This document shows positions 1-13,380 of a DNA stretch of 63,553 nucleotides, one piece after another. The DNA lies in contig NC_069002.1 of NCBI RefSeq assembly GCF_001194135.2, positions 2,488,252 through 2,551,804 of the forward strand. The letters are read 5' to 3'. The DNA comes from Octopus bimaculoides (lineage: Eukaryota). Both the position numbers and the translations under genes were made by a program. Position 1 is the first letter of the stretch. Every line of letters begins with the position of its first letter. Under the pieces are notes generated by a model. That model was not told the DNA's origin. It searched no databases and saw nothing but the letters and a program-made list of their open reading frames with translations.

Positions 1-640
<640 letters not shown>

Positions 641-998
641 TATTAGTGTGTGCTGATAGAAAGGTAGGTTGATAGGTAGCTATGGGAAGAGAGAGGGAGA
701 AAACATTCTATATCAGCTGTTATTCTCTAGCTATCTTTGTTTTCGTTTTCCTTATTGTAAGTCTGTTATACCCTCTCTCTGTCTCTTTCTTTCTCTCCCT
801 CTCTCTCACTCTCACTTACTCTTGAAACCAAGCTCTCACTTTTTCTCTTCCGGATGAACATACTTAAGCCTCTCCTTCTTCACCCAGCATCCATTTCCCC
901 TCCACCGCCTCATTCTCTTCATCATCTCTGTTGACATTCTTTCGGATTTCTTCTACACTATCGTCTTTATCGTAGGCATTAGCGCTACCGTGATCGTA

Positions 999-1201
999 AT
1001 CATCATCATCATCATCATCATCATCGTCGTCGTCGTCGTCGTCATCATCATCATTATCATCATCATCATCATCATCATCCTCATCATCATCATCATCATT
1101 TTCCGATCTCTTTCATCTCGCTGTAAATTGGATTGGCAAGGATTGAATCCCAGATCGCTAGTAAACTTATCGAAATTTATTTGCACGTAGTAGTAGTAGT
1201 A

Positions 1202-1285
<84 letters not shown>

Positions 1286-1302
1286 ATAGCAGCAGCAGTA
1301 GT
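999..1302. repeat. Trinucleotide arrays (ATC/GTC)n at 999-1099 and (TAG)n at 1187-1302
   Basis: Seen directly. These arrays explain the poly-M/I/V ORFs in the track. Confidence 0.95.
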
Positions 1303-1581
1303 GTCGGTCATTTCTAATTTATCAGGCTTATCAAAGCTATTCTTGCCCTCAAGTAAGTGGATTTCTCTTTCCTTAGTACCATAGACATGTATGTGTGTGT
1401 GTGTGTACGTATATATATATANNNNNNNNNNNNNNNNNNNNNNNNNNNNNNNNNNNNNNNNNNNNNNNNNNNNNNNNNNNNNNNNNNNNNNNNNNNNNNN
1501 NNNNNNNNNNNNNNNNNNNNNNNNNNNNNNNNNNNNNNNNNNNNNNNNNNNNNNNNNNNNNNNNNNNNNNNNNNNNNNNNN

Positions 1582-1624
<43 letters not shown>

Positions 1625-1625
<1 letters not shown>

Positions 1626-2180
1626 GTATACAAGTAGACAGATATTACATCTTAATGACCCGGAACAACGAAGCCAATGTGATAAAAATGGAGTAGATCC
1701 AGAATGCCGATTCTAGAATGATGAGGTTGAAAATGTGGATCACCTAATCTTTGGGTGCAAATATTTAGCACCTATAGAGTATAAATCAAAGCATGACAGA
1801 TTTGACTAATATCCTCACTGGTTACTATGCCGGCATTATAGAATCAAAACTGTTGAGAAGTTGTATAATCACCATTCTGAGGAAGAAAATGTAACGATTC
1901 TTTGTGACATTCTAGTATATACTGATAAAAACTTCAAAGTTAATAAACCGGATATTGCATTGAAAGACCAAAACACTAAAGTATTGATCGACATGAGTAT
2001 TCCTTGTTATCATAATTTCTCAGCAAAGAATCTGACATGCTCAGAAAATATAAAAATTTGTTCATTGAAATCGAAAATATGTGGCATCTTAAGGCGGTTT
2101 CAGTACCAGAGACTGTAGCAGCACTTGGCATAATCAGAATGTAATCGAATATTATTTGGAAAGGATCCTTGGTTCATCCT
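1625..2180 (+). mobile_element. R4/Dong-like non-LTR retrotransposon, decayed 3' fragment (zinc knuckle plus restriction-like endonuclease)
   Basis: Broken translation reads TRNNEANVIKNGVDPECRF*NDEVENVDHLIFGCKYLAPIEYKSKHDR (C-x2-C-x8-H-x4-C type knuckle, second C lost), then YNHHSEEENVTILCDILVYTDKNFKVNKPDIALKDQNTKVLIDMSIP (RLE PD..D motif). It carries stops and frameshifts. Confidence 0.85.
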
Positions 2181-2184
2181 TTGC

Positions 2185-2450
2185 CATTTATCATCCCGAG
2201 CTCGATAAAATCAGTACCATTTGAATACTGGATTCGATGTAATCGACATACATACTTCTCCGAAATTCCTGGCCTTGTGTGAAAATTTGAAACCAATATT
2301 AAGAGTCAGTATCTGTCTAAAAGGCTTAGTAGCATTTCCTCCGGCATCGCCATCAAAAATCAAATTCCACTGAGGTCGATGCTGCATTCCAGCTTTCGTG
2401 ATCGGAAAAAACCCCATTTGAGCACTGGTATTGATGTAATCTGCTGGCCA
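2185..2450 (+). mobile_element. Two degraded SINE family B fragments
   Basis: Contains gataaaatcagtaccatttgaatactggattcgatgtaatcgac and aaattccactgaggtcga...gagcactggtattgatgtaatc, which match the better copy at 23364-23575. Confidence 0.65.
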
Positions 2451-3244
2451 TAAGATATGTATCTTGCCGGTCTTTTATATATATAGCAGAAACAAATAAC
2501 ACGGTTCAGTGTTGAGGTGTTGAAATTGTGAAGTGACAGTTACCTTCCTTGCTTATATAAACTTATGTTTCTCAGTTTCCTTTTTTTTTAATTTTTTTTT
2601 TCTTTTTCGTAGACAAATTGAAAAATGCAAACGCATAGCAAAGACTAGCGTTGTTTCGAAACCCGAAAGTCGATATAATATATATCGACTTTCTGCTTCT
2701 TCCTTTATGTATAACTTCAAGACGCATATATCACTACACATACTTCACAACACTCACAAACAATCCGACACAACAAATGTCTATATACATCGGAGTGTTT
2801 GAGTGAGTAGGAATGTGAGAGCATGTGTGTTTATGAGAGTTTTCAGACTCCATAAAGTTCTATATGTTTTCATGATTCCGCTCTCATCTGCCTCTACCGT
2901 CCACGCTGCCATCTCCCGGCCAGTAAGCATATTTCATTTCCCCACTCCTTTTACCAATTTACACACACTAATACCTTTTCTCTTTTTTCTTTTTTTTTTC
3001 TCAATTATACTCGAACTCCATCGGTTTGTGTGACTCATTATGAGATACATTTAATATCAATTTAATTTCGTTTTATCGTCTGAAATTTTAATCATAGGCA
3101 AAAATTGGAAGAGATAATACACCAAATATTCAAACCAATATAACGTGTGTTTATATGTTTGTATTAATGCATATAGTTTTGTATTAATCAGGCATAGACA
3201 CATGTGTACACACGCATTCTCTCCTCTCACACAGTAATTTACGC

Positions 3245-3275
3245 TCATACATACATACATACATACATACATACA

Positions 3276-3351
<76 letters not shown>

Positions 3352-3485
3352 CATATCTATATAAGTATGTATATGTATACATGCATGTATATATATATAT
3401 ATAAACGTACATATTTAAATATATTCATATATAGGCATGCGTCAGTTTACCTCTGAGACTATTTATATGTGAGTGTGTGTGTATG

Positions 3486-3516
<31 letters not shown>

Positions 3517-3728
3517 ATGCGTGGGTGCGTATGTTCATATGAATTGGTATTAATGAACACATGGATGTGTGAATGGCACAGCTATTAACATCATCGAAAC
3601 CGCAACTAAAAATATTTCATCAAAGAATTTCTCTTATACTTTTTACCATTCTTGCCACCAACGCAACAATACATACATACATCCGTAGATACATGAATAC
3701 ATGCATATATACATAAAGACATAATTAT

Positions 3729-3800
<72 letters not shown>

Positions 3801-3960
3801 GTACATACATACATACATACATACATACTACCTGCGTACATAAATACATACACAGAGCTACATAATGCATACATACATACATACATGCATGCATACATAC
3901 ATACATACATACATACATACATACATGCATACATACCTACATACATACATACATACACAC
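3245..3960. repeat. Compound (CATA)n/(CA)n/(TA)n/(TG)n microsatellites
   Basis: Seen directly. Confidence 0.95.
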
Positions 3961-4263
3961 CGAGCAAGTGTTGATAAAAAAAAATTGTAATGTCGGAAGT
4001 GTAGCGTAATAGAAAGAAGCTGACTGCAATGTGACTGAACGGAAAAAAAGCCTTTGGCCCCGCCCCCCATTCGTTCCAGGGAGCATAGTCAAAGTGCCAG
4101 ATGACCTGACACGGCGTGATTGTATTATCAATGATAACATTCAGTATCGTGGAAGTATATTCCGAGGGGAAAGCCTCTCTGTTTTTGTTCATAATTTCAG
4201 TAAACCCCCAGTCGTTTATATTGAAGAATTTAGAAGGGTATTTCATTGGATCACAAGGAGAGA

Positions 4264-4355
<92 letters not shown>

Positions 4356-4951
4356 GTATGTATAAACGTATACACGCATGCACACATGCATTGATAGATC
4401 ATCACAAATATTCATACGTGTTATGGGTTTCGAGTTTCGTCAAAACACCTTGTCAAGATCAAACAAAAACGGATGAACATGCTGCAGGCTCTGTCAAAAG
4501 CAATTTTATAATTAATATAACTTAACATTTAATAACACATACTCACTAGTAAATAACCGGTTGTTTATTCTCAAAATTCATTTAGAAACATATATTCTTC
4601 ATTCACACTCACAAACGCATAAAGATCTATACGCGTCTGTACTTCTGTTCGCCCCTATGTCATGATGTTGACATCGTTTGTGAAACGGTGCTCCATGTTT
4701 ATGACACATACCTCCATTTTAGTGTGTCAACACATAAAAATCAATAAATCAATTTCATACAAATCAGAATTTTGAAATATATACATGAGATGATCGACTA
4801 TAATCCAGTACGACTAAAAACAGGAGATTAATATAGGCATTCATACATGCATACATACATACATTCATACATAAATTTATACACATTCGAACGCGCACAC
4901 ACACATTTATATCTATTTATCTATCAATTTCTCTTTCTCTCTCTCGCTCTG

Positions 4952-4992
<41 letters not shown>

Positions 4993-5059
4993 ACACACAC
5001 ACACACTCACACACACACACACATGTATATATATATATATATATTTGTGTGTGCGTGCG

Positions 5060-5260
5060 TGTCCGCCGCCACCGCTTGACAAGCAGTGTTGAATTGTTTA
5101 CGTCTCCGTGACCTATCACGTCGGCAAAAGAGAACGAAGACTAAGTTACGGGGTGTCACAATTGAAAACGCTTGATGTTGATTAAGTAGTCTAAAATGTC
5201 CAAGGCGGTGCCCCAGCAAGGCCGAACTTTAATGACTGAAACAAGTAAAGGAAAGTAGGT
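5060..5260 (+). mobile_element. SINE family A, 3' half
   Basis: ccaccgcttgacaa...cggcaaaagaga...aaggcggtgccccagc...aatgactgaaacaagtaaa matches 44065-44230. It is preceded by a CA/TA/TG microsatellite. Confidence 0.75.
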
Positions 5261-5767
5261 AAACGTTCCGTTCACATGATAAAAGTTATACCATGAGAAC
5301 TTAATATAAATATATCACAATTCTAACAACATCGTCGAAATATTTTATTAAATATTGGAAAATAGATTAACAACTCCGACTTTTTAACTGCAAACCCAAT
5401 CAATAATCGAAACGAAACAGTCATTAATCATTTGTAAACTCTCAAATCTCGTGCGCATTTTTCATCTGGTACGCTTGTTTGTGGTTGTACATAATAGCGT
5501 TATAATAGCTTCTAATTTTGGCAGGTCTTAATGTTGAGGGCGTTGCTTAAGTACATCGCCCACCAGTACCAGGCTGATATTTATTTAATCAACGTCGAAA
5601 GGATGGAAAACAAATTTGACCTCGGAGAAATTTGAACTGAGAACAAAAGCCGCAAATAGCCAATATACATAACGTTTACCAACACCAGGCAGAGGCAGGT
5701 GCCATTTTTTAACCGAGTAAACTTGAAAAGCGTGTAATTGGACGTGTTAATAATCAACACAATACAG

Positions 5768-5852
5768 CATGCGGTTCAGGAATCGGTCCCTCGGCCCTAT
5801 GAACCTTACCCAAATTCCTCAACAACGTAAACAGCGCTTTCCATAAAACATG
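5768..5852 (+). other. Candidate exon ending in ATG|gtaagt (possible 5'UTR plus start-codon exon)
   Basis: cag acceptor at 5765-5767, AAAACATG context, and canonical donor gtaagt at 5853. All three frames contain stops upstream of the ATG, and I identified no partner exon. Confidence 0.2.
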
Positions 5853-6909
5853 GTAAGTATAAAACCACACCGCAAAACTTACAACATTCTTTAAAGGTGC
5901 CAATCACAAAATCTATTGCTCAAAGGATTATTTTACTGTCTCTTGAAATGCTGTAAATATCAACCAAATATATTTCAAATCACCTCCTTATCTCTTAAAA
6001 AGTAGAAAGAAATACTCGTAGCGTATTCTTATATTTACTACCCAGAACGGACCAGATGGAAAATAACAGACACGAAGAGGCAGCGATCAGACATCGAAAA
6101 CACGAAGACAAGTCACTCCTCCTCGTCCCCCGGCTACTCTCCTTTGCGATAACTACCTCCAGCTCTTCTATACCGCCCTTGGTCTGAACAGCTACCTTTG
6201 GCACCGAGAGCCTTCTCACTCATGAGGAGGAAGTGGCTCAACCATTTGCAGCAGAGGATAATAAATCGCAACTTCTACAAGCAACACTGTTATTTTCTGC
6301 GTTCAAAAATGAAATTTTGTAATGAACACTGATCGAACCATGGGATACTTTCAATAATATTACAATCACTTTTGCCATAAGCTGGAGCAAATAATGTGAA
6401 ACTCATGTGAAATTGTTTTACTTAGGTTGAGCGTCCGGGACATACTTTTCTCTGGTTCATCTTAGTTTTCCCTTATAGTTTCTCATATAGCAATCGTTTT
6501 TGAGGCTCAACAATATAGGGAGTTAATATACCTTTACGCTATACAATCGACAAATCGACAAATCGTGGGCATATACGGAATGGTTGCCTTAATTAATTAT
6601 CAGAAAGTGATTTGATCACGGAAAATTTAAGACCATTATTATTCAAGTCACAATAGAATGAAAGGATATGTGAATCTTTGATAAAGCTATTTAGTCAATG
6701 GTGAATTGGACACGGTTAGCTATACTTCAAATGGTCGTCGTTCATACTAAGTCTCAGTTACAAGGACAATTGCAGCTTTGTCAGTTTTATGAACCGTGGG
6801 AATCTTTTACTACAGAGTTTCCTTTGAAGAATTTCTAGAGATGATTTCCTAGGCTTTGAGTACCATTAGCAGCTCTTTGGTTATAGTTTAACTCTTAATA
6901 TATCGCTGT

Positions 6910-7120
6910 GGTTTACCACGCCAGAAAAATGTTTAGCGTTTCTTCCGATTTTACATTTTGAATTCAAATGCCGCCGAGAAAGACTTTAGCTTTAGTCGTT
7001 TTGCGGGCGATAAAATAAGCACCAGTTGAGCACCGGGATCGATAAAATCGACTTGGATAATCGCCAACAAGAGCTGACCTTGTGCCAAAATTTGAAATAA
7101 CTCTATGTCTGTTTTGTTTT
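6910..7120 (+). mobile_element. SINE family B copy
   Basis: cacgccagaaaaatgtttagcg...gaattcaaatgccgccgag...gataaaataagcaccagttgagcaccgggatcgat...cttgtgccaaaatttgaaa matches the other B copies. Confidence 0.8.
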
Positions 7121-7779
7121 ATCTGTTGCCGAAGTTATGTAACAAATCAGCAGCATGAGTTGATTAAAGCGCTGATTGAATATTAATACATTTTATCGAA
7201 TTCGTAGATTAGACAGATCGACCACGTCAGAATTTAAATGTTTTGGCCTCTAATTACTCGGAGACAAACAATTAAATGATACAATGCATTTAGAATGATT
7301 TTCTCCGAGTCTCCTATAGCTTTGACGCAAATTATTTGTATTATTAATATCTCCCATGTTTAGTCTAGTCTGCAAGTATATCGCTAGCAATAAATATCTG
7401 TGTGGCATCCATGCTTCCCACCAGAATATTTGTAAGTTAGTTTAAGTGAAATACATTTAAAACATAGAATTGAGAACCGGCTTTCAGACTCCACTAACTG
7501 CTAGCTTGATATATTATTCATAGCTCTCTTCATCAATTATCATTATATATAAATTTTATTATAGTTATGGATGCCAACCACAATGCAAATAATAAACTTT
7601 CATTGAGTCGAGTGTGCAATTGCCTCAACCCCAAATTTGTATGCTTAATCCCCTTAGGTTAAATAGTAACTTAATTAAGAAACCGTTTCCGCCATTTTCA
7701 TGTAATTGTCTTTTCTTTCATAAAGAGAAACAAAATCTCCCTTGAGAATTATTAATGAAAGTAAAGATTCCCATCATAA

Positions 7780-8110
7780 AATTCAGTTACGTAATTTGTA
7801 GAGGCAAGGGACATTAGATTTAATCCAATCCAGGGGTTCAAGGGAATTCAAAGCCCGGATGAATAATAGACAAAATTGAGTTGTTTGGAGTTCAATACAG
7901 AAATAAATGAGATGAAGTAAAAACCGGAGGAAGATTTTCATCCGAGTTTCAAATATTCTGATGTTTTCCACTATGAGACATTGAAAGTATGTTTCCGTAG
8001 CATAGACGAGTTTCATGATACAGCATCGTTAAATGAATCAACTCCGATATTTGAGTGTAATTGTTATATCAACTCCAGAAGAAAGAAGAGCAAAAGTAAA
8101 GCAGAACAGT
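7780..8110 (-). mobile_element. Possible very old L1/Tx1-like reverse transcriptase fragment
   Basis: Translations MLYHETRLC and CLLFIRALNSLEPLDW loosely resemble the L1/Tx1 RT region around (S)PLLFILALEPL. The similarity is weak and judged by eye. Confidence 0.3.
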
Positions 8111-8309
8111 ATTTGAAACCAGAATCCAAGGAGATATAGCTGGAGATCAAAACATATGATTTCATAGGCTTCAGGGAATTTTATCTTCTACCAAGCTTAA
8201 TGAAAATCATTAAAAACTAAAACTAAGAAAATTACCTGAATGCAATCAATGCTGTTTTCGATACGTTAGACACTTGCGTTTTTGGAAAATTCGTTACAGC
8301 CATAACGGA

Positions 8310-8364
<55 letters not shown>

Positions 8365-8371
8365 GTTATTA
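8310..8371. repeat. (ATT)n array, i.e. (TAA)n on the minus strand
   Basis: Seen directly. Confidence 0.95.
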
Positions 8372-8374
8372 TAT

Positions 8375-9570
8375 AGCTGTTCAATATTTGTTCTACTGCA
8401 TCACCTGCTACACCTCCGTGTTGCTGGGGTGTGTGCAATCGGAGAGCACGTCCAACGATCAGTCGATGTGCTTTTCATAACACACTCAAATCACCGATGT
8501 AAGGAGATTTTGAGATAGCACAGTAACTCGACCCTGCTATTTTTCCTTCCGTTTAAACTACCCCTGCCAAACGATGACTCTGATAAGACGAGCTCTTTTT
8601 AAAAGGAATCAGTGAATAAATTATTTGCTTCTGCGTTTTGATGTCTGCTAAAATGACGAACAGCAAGAATCCAAACACGAAGAACAGTGAGACTCCAAAA
8701 AGTAACGTATCTATTCATTCTTAATACAGTCTGACATATTCTAACCAGAATATGTGATCACTGCTCTTTTGAATGTACCAGAACGTATTAAAAATTAGTA
8801 GATACATAATTATTTGGATTCTTTCTTTTTCTCATGAATTATTCCCTGTAAAAAACTTCGGTATTTTATTTAGAAATATTTGGTCGTCAATTTTGATTGC
8901 TACATCGATGAAGAAGCATTTCTTTATTCTCGTTCTTATATTGTTAGGAAGGAGATTTCATAACAATATTGGTTCCGGTTGATAGGCTTGGTTTACTTGT
9001 CTCCGTTGATTGAAATATGCAGCAATCAGACAATTCATTTTTCAGTTGGATATCCAGTTCCAATACTGGTATGTCTGTAGAGAAATTCTATGCTGGAAAG
9101 CACAGGACGGCAAGTTAACTGTGTCTTACTAGGTTCTCTCCATGTTCTGCGGTTACTTAACTGATTGTTTCCTTGTCTGCTTTTGGTGGTTACAAATAAA
9201 AAGCATGAAATCCATTGCTGCAATCAAACACGCTTCAGAATCAGTTTTCCGTCCTGTGGCAGTCTGCCAAAGTCGCGAATGTTTGCATTTCCGATCCTAA
9301 TCAATAATATTTAGGTATTGGCTATATAGACACTTACCATTGTTTTTAGCATTCCTTCTGAAACACCCTTTTTGTTTTAGATTAGATTTTACAATTTATA
9401 CCATTTCATTTGTTGATTCTCGATTCTTCACTCACTCCAGCCATTATCTTTTTTATGTTAGCTTTCTTGAAGACAGTAAATATTTTCTTTTTTTTATAGC
9501 TAACATCCTGTATTCACTGTAAGTATAATCTTTCTACGTCAGATTTTAAACTTGTTTTCTGAAGGCAGAC
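8375..9570 (-). mobile_element. R4/Dong-like LINE, decayed 3' fragment with putative 3' UTR
   Basis: Minus-strand pieces KSDVERLYL (about 9500-9530; post-RT PKADVDRLY motif) and KKCFFIDVAIKIDDQ (about 8880-8930; RLE), preceded by an NRPDIV-like remnant. Assigning 8375-8735 as the 3' UTR is inference. Confidence 0.65.
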
Positions 9571-10836
9571 ATTATTGTTCTTGCTTTATGGCTAACATTG
9601 TTTCATCTACTACTACTGCTACTGCTACTGCTGCTGCCAATGCTGCTGCCATTGCTGCTGCTTTTGTTGTAGTCGTTCACATCCAGCCGAGCCGCCGAGT
9701 TTAATTTTTATTTCATCCTCTCGCCGGCGTTCTTCTATGGTATCGATTGAATCCATCCCTCGACACTTCAGTAACTAAATCAGAAATTAGTTTCATCATT
9801 ATTACATTTGTTGTTGCTGCTTTGTTTTTGAGAGCTGTTCCAAGTCTCACCCAGAGACTTCAAATAGCAGCGAATTGGACGTTTCACTATGGTGTGATTT
9901 AGCATTAGCAGTGAACTATTAAATACTTCCTTTGTGTTCTGTCGTATGTAATATTTAGTAAAGATTAAGTAAAACTAGGCCGAAAGTATTACTTTTACTT
10001 GATCGTTAGTAAATACATTTTAGTGTACAAGATGTCTTCCTAAAGAATCTCCTACCTTCTCTGCATTCGAAATCCCAATCGTTATCTATCAAGGTTGAGG
10101 TTGTGTTTACTAGACACACCCGTTCCTGTTTGTATCTAGATTTTCTAACTAGCTTATAAACAAGTACAGAATATTACAACCATAACTGTAGAGCACTAAT
10201 GACAACCATTTTTTGCTGTTATATTAAATTTTCTCTTAATCATTAAACTAATGCGTCTATAACATTCCTTGTTAATCTCTTCTTTCATTTACCGATGTTG
10301 AACTTTGTCTAGTTCATTAATTCATGACCATTTAAAAGTTTGCGTTTGGTGTAATTTTCATATCTCTGTTCATCTACCATGACGTAAGTGCACTTAATTA
10401 GTTGTCTTCTCTTCGTTCTTGTCTTTGGACATTTTCCTTGAAGCAGTATTTCTACTTGTTAATCATTTGAAGCGTTAACTTTGGAGGTTGTTTGACAATA
10501 TCATCTGTACTCCAGTCGAGTCATGTATAATGCGTTTGCTAAATGTCTTAACCTCAGTCAGAAAAAGGAGTAAAGAGTTCATTATTCGTACACACACATA
10601 CACACACACTCACACAAATAAACTAACAAACAAGCAAACACGCACACACACACGCACACACGCGCACACATACACGCACTTATATATATTCTTTCATAAA
10701 AGAATCGATGTTAAAGTCGTACCAATGGTTTCATGCGTAATCATAGCAACTATTTATACAAAGACTGACGCTGATATAGCAGCCATACATTTTTACGCTG
10801 AATGGACATACGTACATACATACATACATACATACA

Positions 10837-10870
<34 letters not shown>

Positions 10871-11019
10871 CATACATACATAAATAGTTGCATACATACA
10901 TATACATAAACATGCGTATGGACGTACTGATGAACGGACGGACGTACTTACCGATATACGTATATACGTACATAGATACATAAAATGATACGTACATGAA
11001 TAAACACATTTTTCGTTTA

Positions 11020-11180
11020 TTCTTTTAATCTTTTACTTATTTTAGTCATTTGACTGCGGCGATGCTGGAGCATCGCGTTTAGTCCAGCGAACTTATCCTT
11101 TGTAAGCCTAGTACTTATTATATCGGTATCTTTTGCCGAATCGCTAGTTTATGGGAATATAAACACAGCATAGATTTCAG
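11020..11180 (-). mobile_element. SINE family A, 3' half
   Basis: tttagtcatttgactgcggcgatgctggagcatcgc...aagcctagtacttatt...ttttgccgaa is the reverse complement of the family A tail. Confidence 0.8.
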
Positions 11181-11499
11181 ACTGAAAAACGTATCAACCG
11201 ATTGTTACTGTTGCTAATTTATCCTAGCTGAAGCAACGAGTGGAGAGCGCTAGAGAAAAAAAAAAAAAAACGCCACGTAGTCTTAATCCACGCCATATTC
11301 ATGCTCTTCTACCTTAACAATTTTCTTCAATGTCTGCCGTAATCCATAATTGATCATTAAATCTAGATTTTTGCTCGGAAACATATTTTACATCATTGAT
11401 ATGATTACAGTTCGTTTTAACCTATAGGACGGAATGATTTTCTACTTGTAGATTGGTTGTTCTTTTATTTCCCTAATTAATATAATTTTCTCGTCATTT

Positions 11500-12130
11500 T
11501 TCCAATCGGGTATGGCTTGCGACCCATTCAATAATTTGGGCTAAACGTTTCCAGAAATCTGCACGTTTCTGATTTACTGAATTTACTTATGCCGTCCAGT
11601 TTCTGCTTTTTCATTCTAAGTTATTTTGTTTGTCTTTTAATCCACACAACCACCCACATATCTTCAGTTGCTGTCATTGCTGTTTTGCACATTCCAATCC
11701 CTGGAAGTGCCTTCTCTGTCAATATTTCTCCCAAGAAACCTTCTTCATTTATTGGTATTAGAGCTAAATCCATTTTTAGTTCATTTTTCACGTACAACTT
11801 GACTTGGTGCCAAAGAACCATTCTCGACCATCATATCAATGAATTCTCCCGATTCTTAGTGGTTTAGCAGTCTCTTTTCTTTTAGGTGTCCTCTATATCA
11901 CAGTATCTCTTCTATTGCCGTTGTATTTCGTTGTTATATATTTCTTTCCCTATATTTTCCCTTTTCTGTCGTTCTTGTTTTTCTTCTACTTCTTTAATTC
12001 AGGACTGTGCACTGCTTTCATCTTTTCCTCTTCTTCTTAATGTATGTATACGCTTTTTTTCTGCCTTTGAAATTATGCGTTCTCCTATTCCACCAATATC
12101 CACTCTACGTTTCATCCTTCCGGATTGACA
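11500..12130 (-). mobile_element. Degraded RTE-type LINE, 3' fragment
   Basis: Broken translation ERIISKAEKS, YDGREWFFGT and KKVSWEKY follows the order of the RTE C-terminal motifs (RI..AK.AF, YGCESWTL, KISW.D). There are many stops. Confidence 0.4.
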
Positions 12131-12479
12131 ATAAAAAACAAGAAAAACAAGAAAAAATCCGAACCATGTAGTAAAGTCGGCATAATCACGGATTCTTTTT
12201 CAACTTGAAATAGATATGTCCTCGTGCGTATGTCAGGTACCAGAAACCAGTAAAGGATTTTTTCTTTCTTATTCCTATCGGAGTATATGTCTATGAATTG
12301 GCGGAAATAACACTATACATCGAAAGAATCCATATTATTGGATAGTGGTTCGTACAATGAGTACAGGTGAGGATTAAATGCTTTCTCTTACTTACTTGTA
12401 CTCAATGAATTTATGAGTTGCCCTTGTTAATCATTTCAGCATTTAAGAAATACCGGGTTAATTACTTTCTGCCTGTCTT

Positions 12480-12830
12480 CATGTACTGTGTTCAAATTCC
12501 GCAGAGGTCGGCTTTGCGTTTCGTTCTTTCGGAGCCGACGAAAATAATTGCCAGTTAAGCACTTGGGTCGACACAGTTCCCGGGGGAGCTGGGGTTGTGT
12601 CAAAGTTGGGAACCAATATTATTTCAGAATTTTAGGCGTCTAGCTGGCAGAATCATTAGCACGCCAGGCGGAAAACTTAGCAGCATTTATGTTGAGTTCA
12701 AATTCTGCCGAAGTCCTTTTCGGGGTCGATACATTAAGAACCAATTAGCATTGGGGTCTTTGTGATTCACTATCCCCCTCCAACAAAATGTCAAGCCTTG
12801 TGCCTATAGTTGAAAAGATTATTATGATCA
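12480..12830 (+). mobile_element. Stacked SINE family B fragments
   Basis: gttcaaattccgcagaggtcggctttgc (12490), tagctggcagaatcattagcacgccaggcg (12640, tRNA-like head) and tail ccttgtgcctatagttgaaa. Confidence 0.75.
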
Positions 12831-12859
12831 TGTTTACAATCAACTCAATTAAGGTTCTC

Positions 12860-13145
12860 ATTAACAAAGCAATTATATATTTTACAGTTTGAGACAAAAG
12901 TTCATTGAGTTTGCAGAATCGGTCTGATAAAATTGTTACGCACAATCGCACAGCCGGATGCATGCACACACACACACACTCACTCTCACTCACAGACACA
13001 TCAGTTTCCATCTGCAAAATCCGCCGACAAGGCTGTGGTTAGTCCGAGGATATGGCAGAAGATACTGAGGAAAGGTGCCACGCAGTGGGACTGAAACCGT
13101 AACCATGAAGCTGGGAAGCAAACCTCTTACCACGCAGCCACGCTT
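12860..13145 (-). mobile_element. SINE family A copy (head, internal TG microsatellite and part of body)
   Basis: The reverse complement reads gctgcgtggtaagaggtttgcttcccagc...ttcagtcccactgcgtggcacct...gatggaaactga(tg)n, which matches 43852-44030. Confidence 0.8.
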
Positions 13146-13343
13146 TCACCTGTGCTTAAAATTATTATTTCAGATTGGTTGCCAGTGAATAATTCCTTGC
13201 GGTACCTTGTGATATTGGTTTCAGTTTGAATCCCCGTGGTAATTACATTGACTTTCATCTTGCTGGTGGTGTTATGAGGAGTTGGTGCGGAAAATAACAC
13301 TATCGTAGATTAAAATCCACTATATAAATCTCCTAGGCTACAA

Positions 13344-13344
<1 letters not shown>

Positions 13345-13380
<36 letters not shown>

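Noticed and set aside
1326-1352. 27-nt AG/GT-bounded segment reading LIKAILAL, reminiscent of the ketosynthase motif GLIKAVLAL
   Set aside because: Only nine residues, no other PKS/FAS sequence in the window, and an equally open alternative frame (AYQSYSCPQ). Chance gtaagt sites are common at this composition.
5768-5852. Possible selenocysteine read-through (CGSGIGPSAL-TGA-TLPKFLNNVNSAFHKTW)
   Set aside because: No similarity to a selenoprotein I know and no SECIS evidence. A noncoding exon or chance is simpler.
5995-6219. Minus ORF ending SVLGSKYKNTLRVFL, like a GPCR helix 8
   Set aside because: No NPxxY-like motif or upstream TM helices.
8377-8480. Exon-like GC-richer segment (VQYLFYCITCYTSVLLG...)
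   Set aside because: Better explained as the 3' UTR region of the adjacent minus-strand R4/Dong-like element, and no recognisable protein.
9056-9078. 23-nt microexon candidate (GYPVPIL)
   Set aside because: It lies inside the antisense of a decayed LINE.
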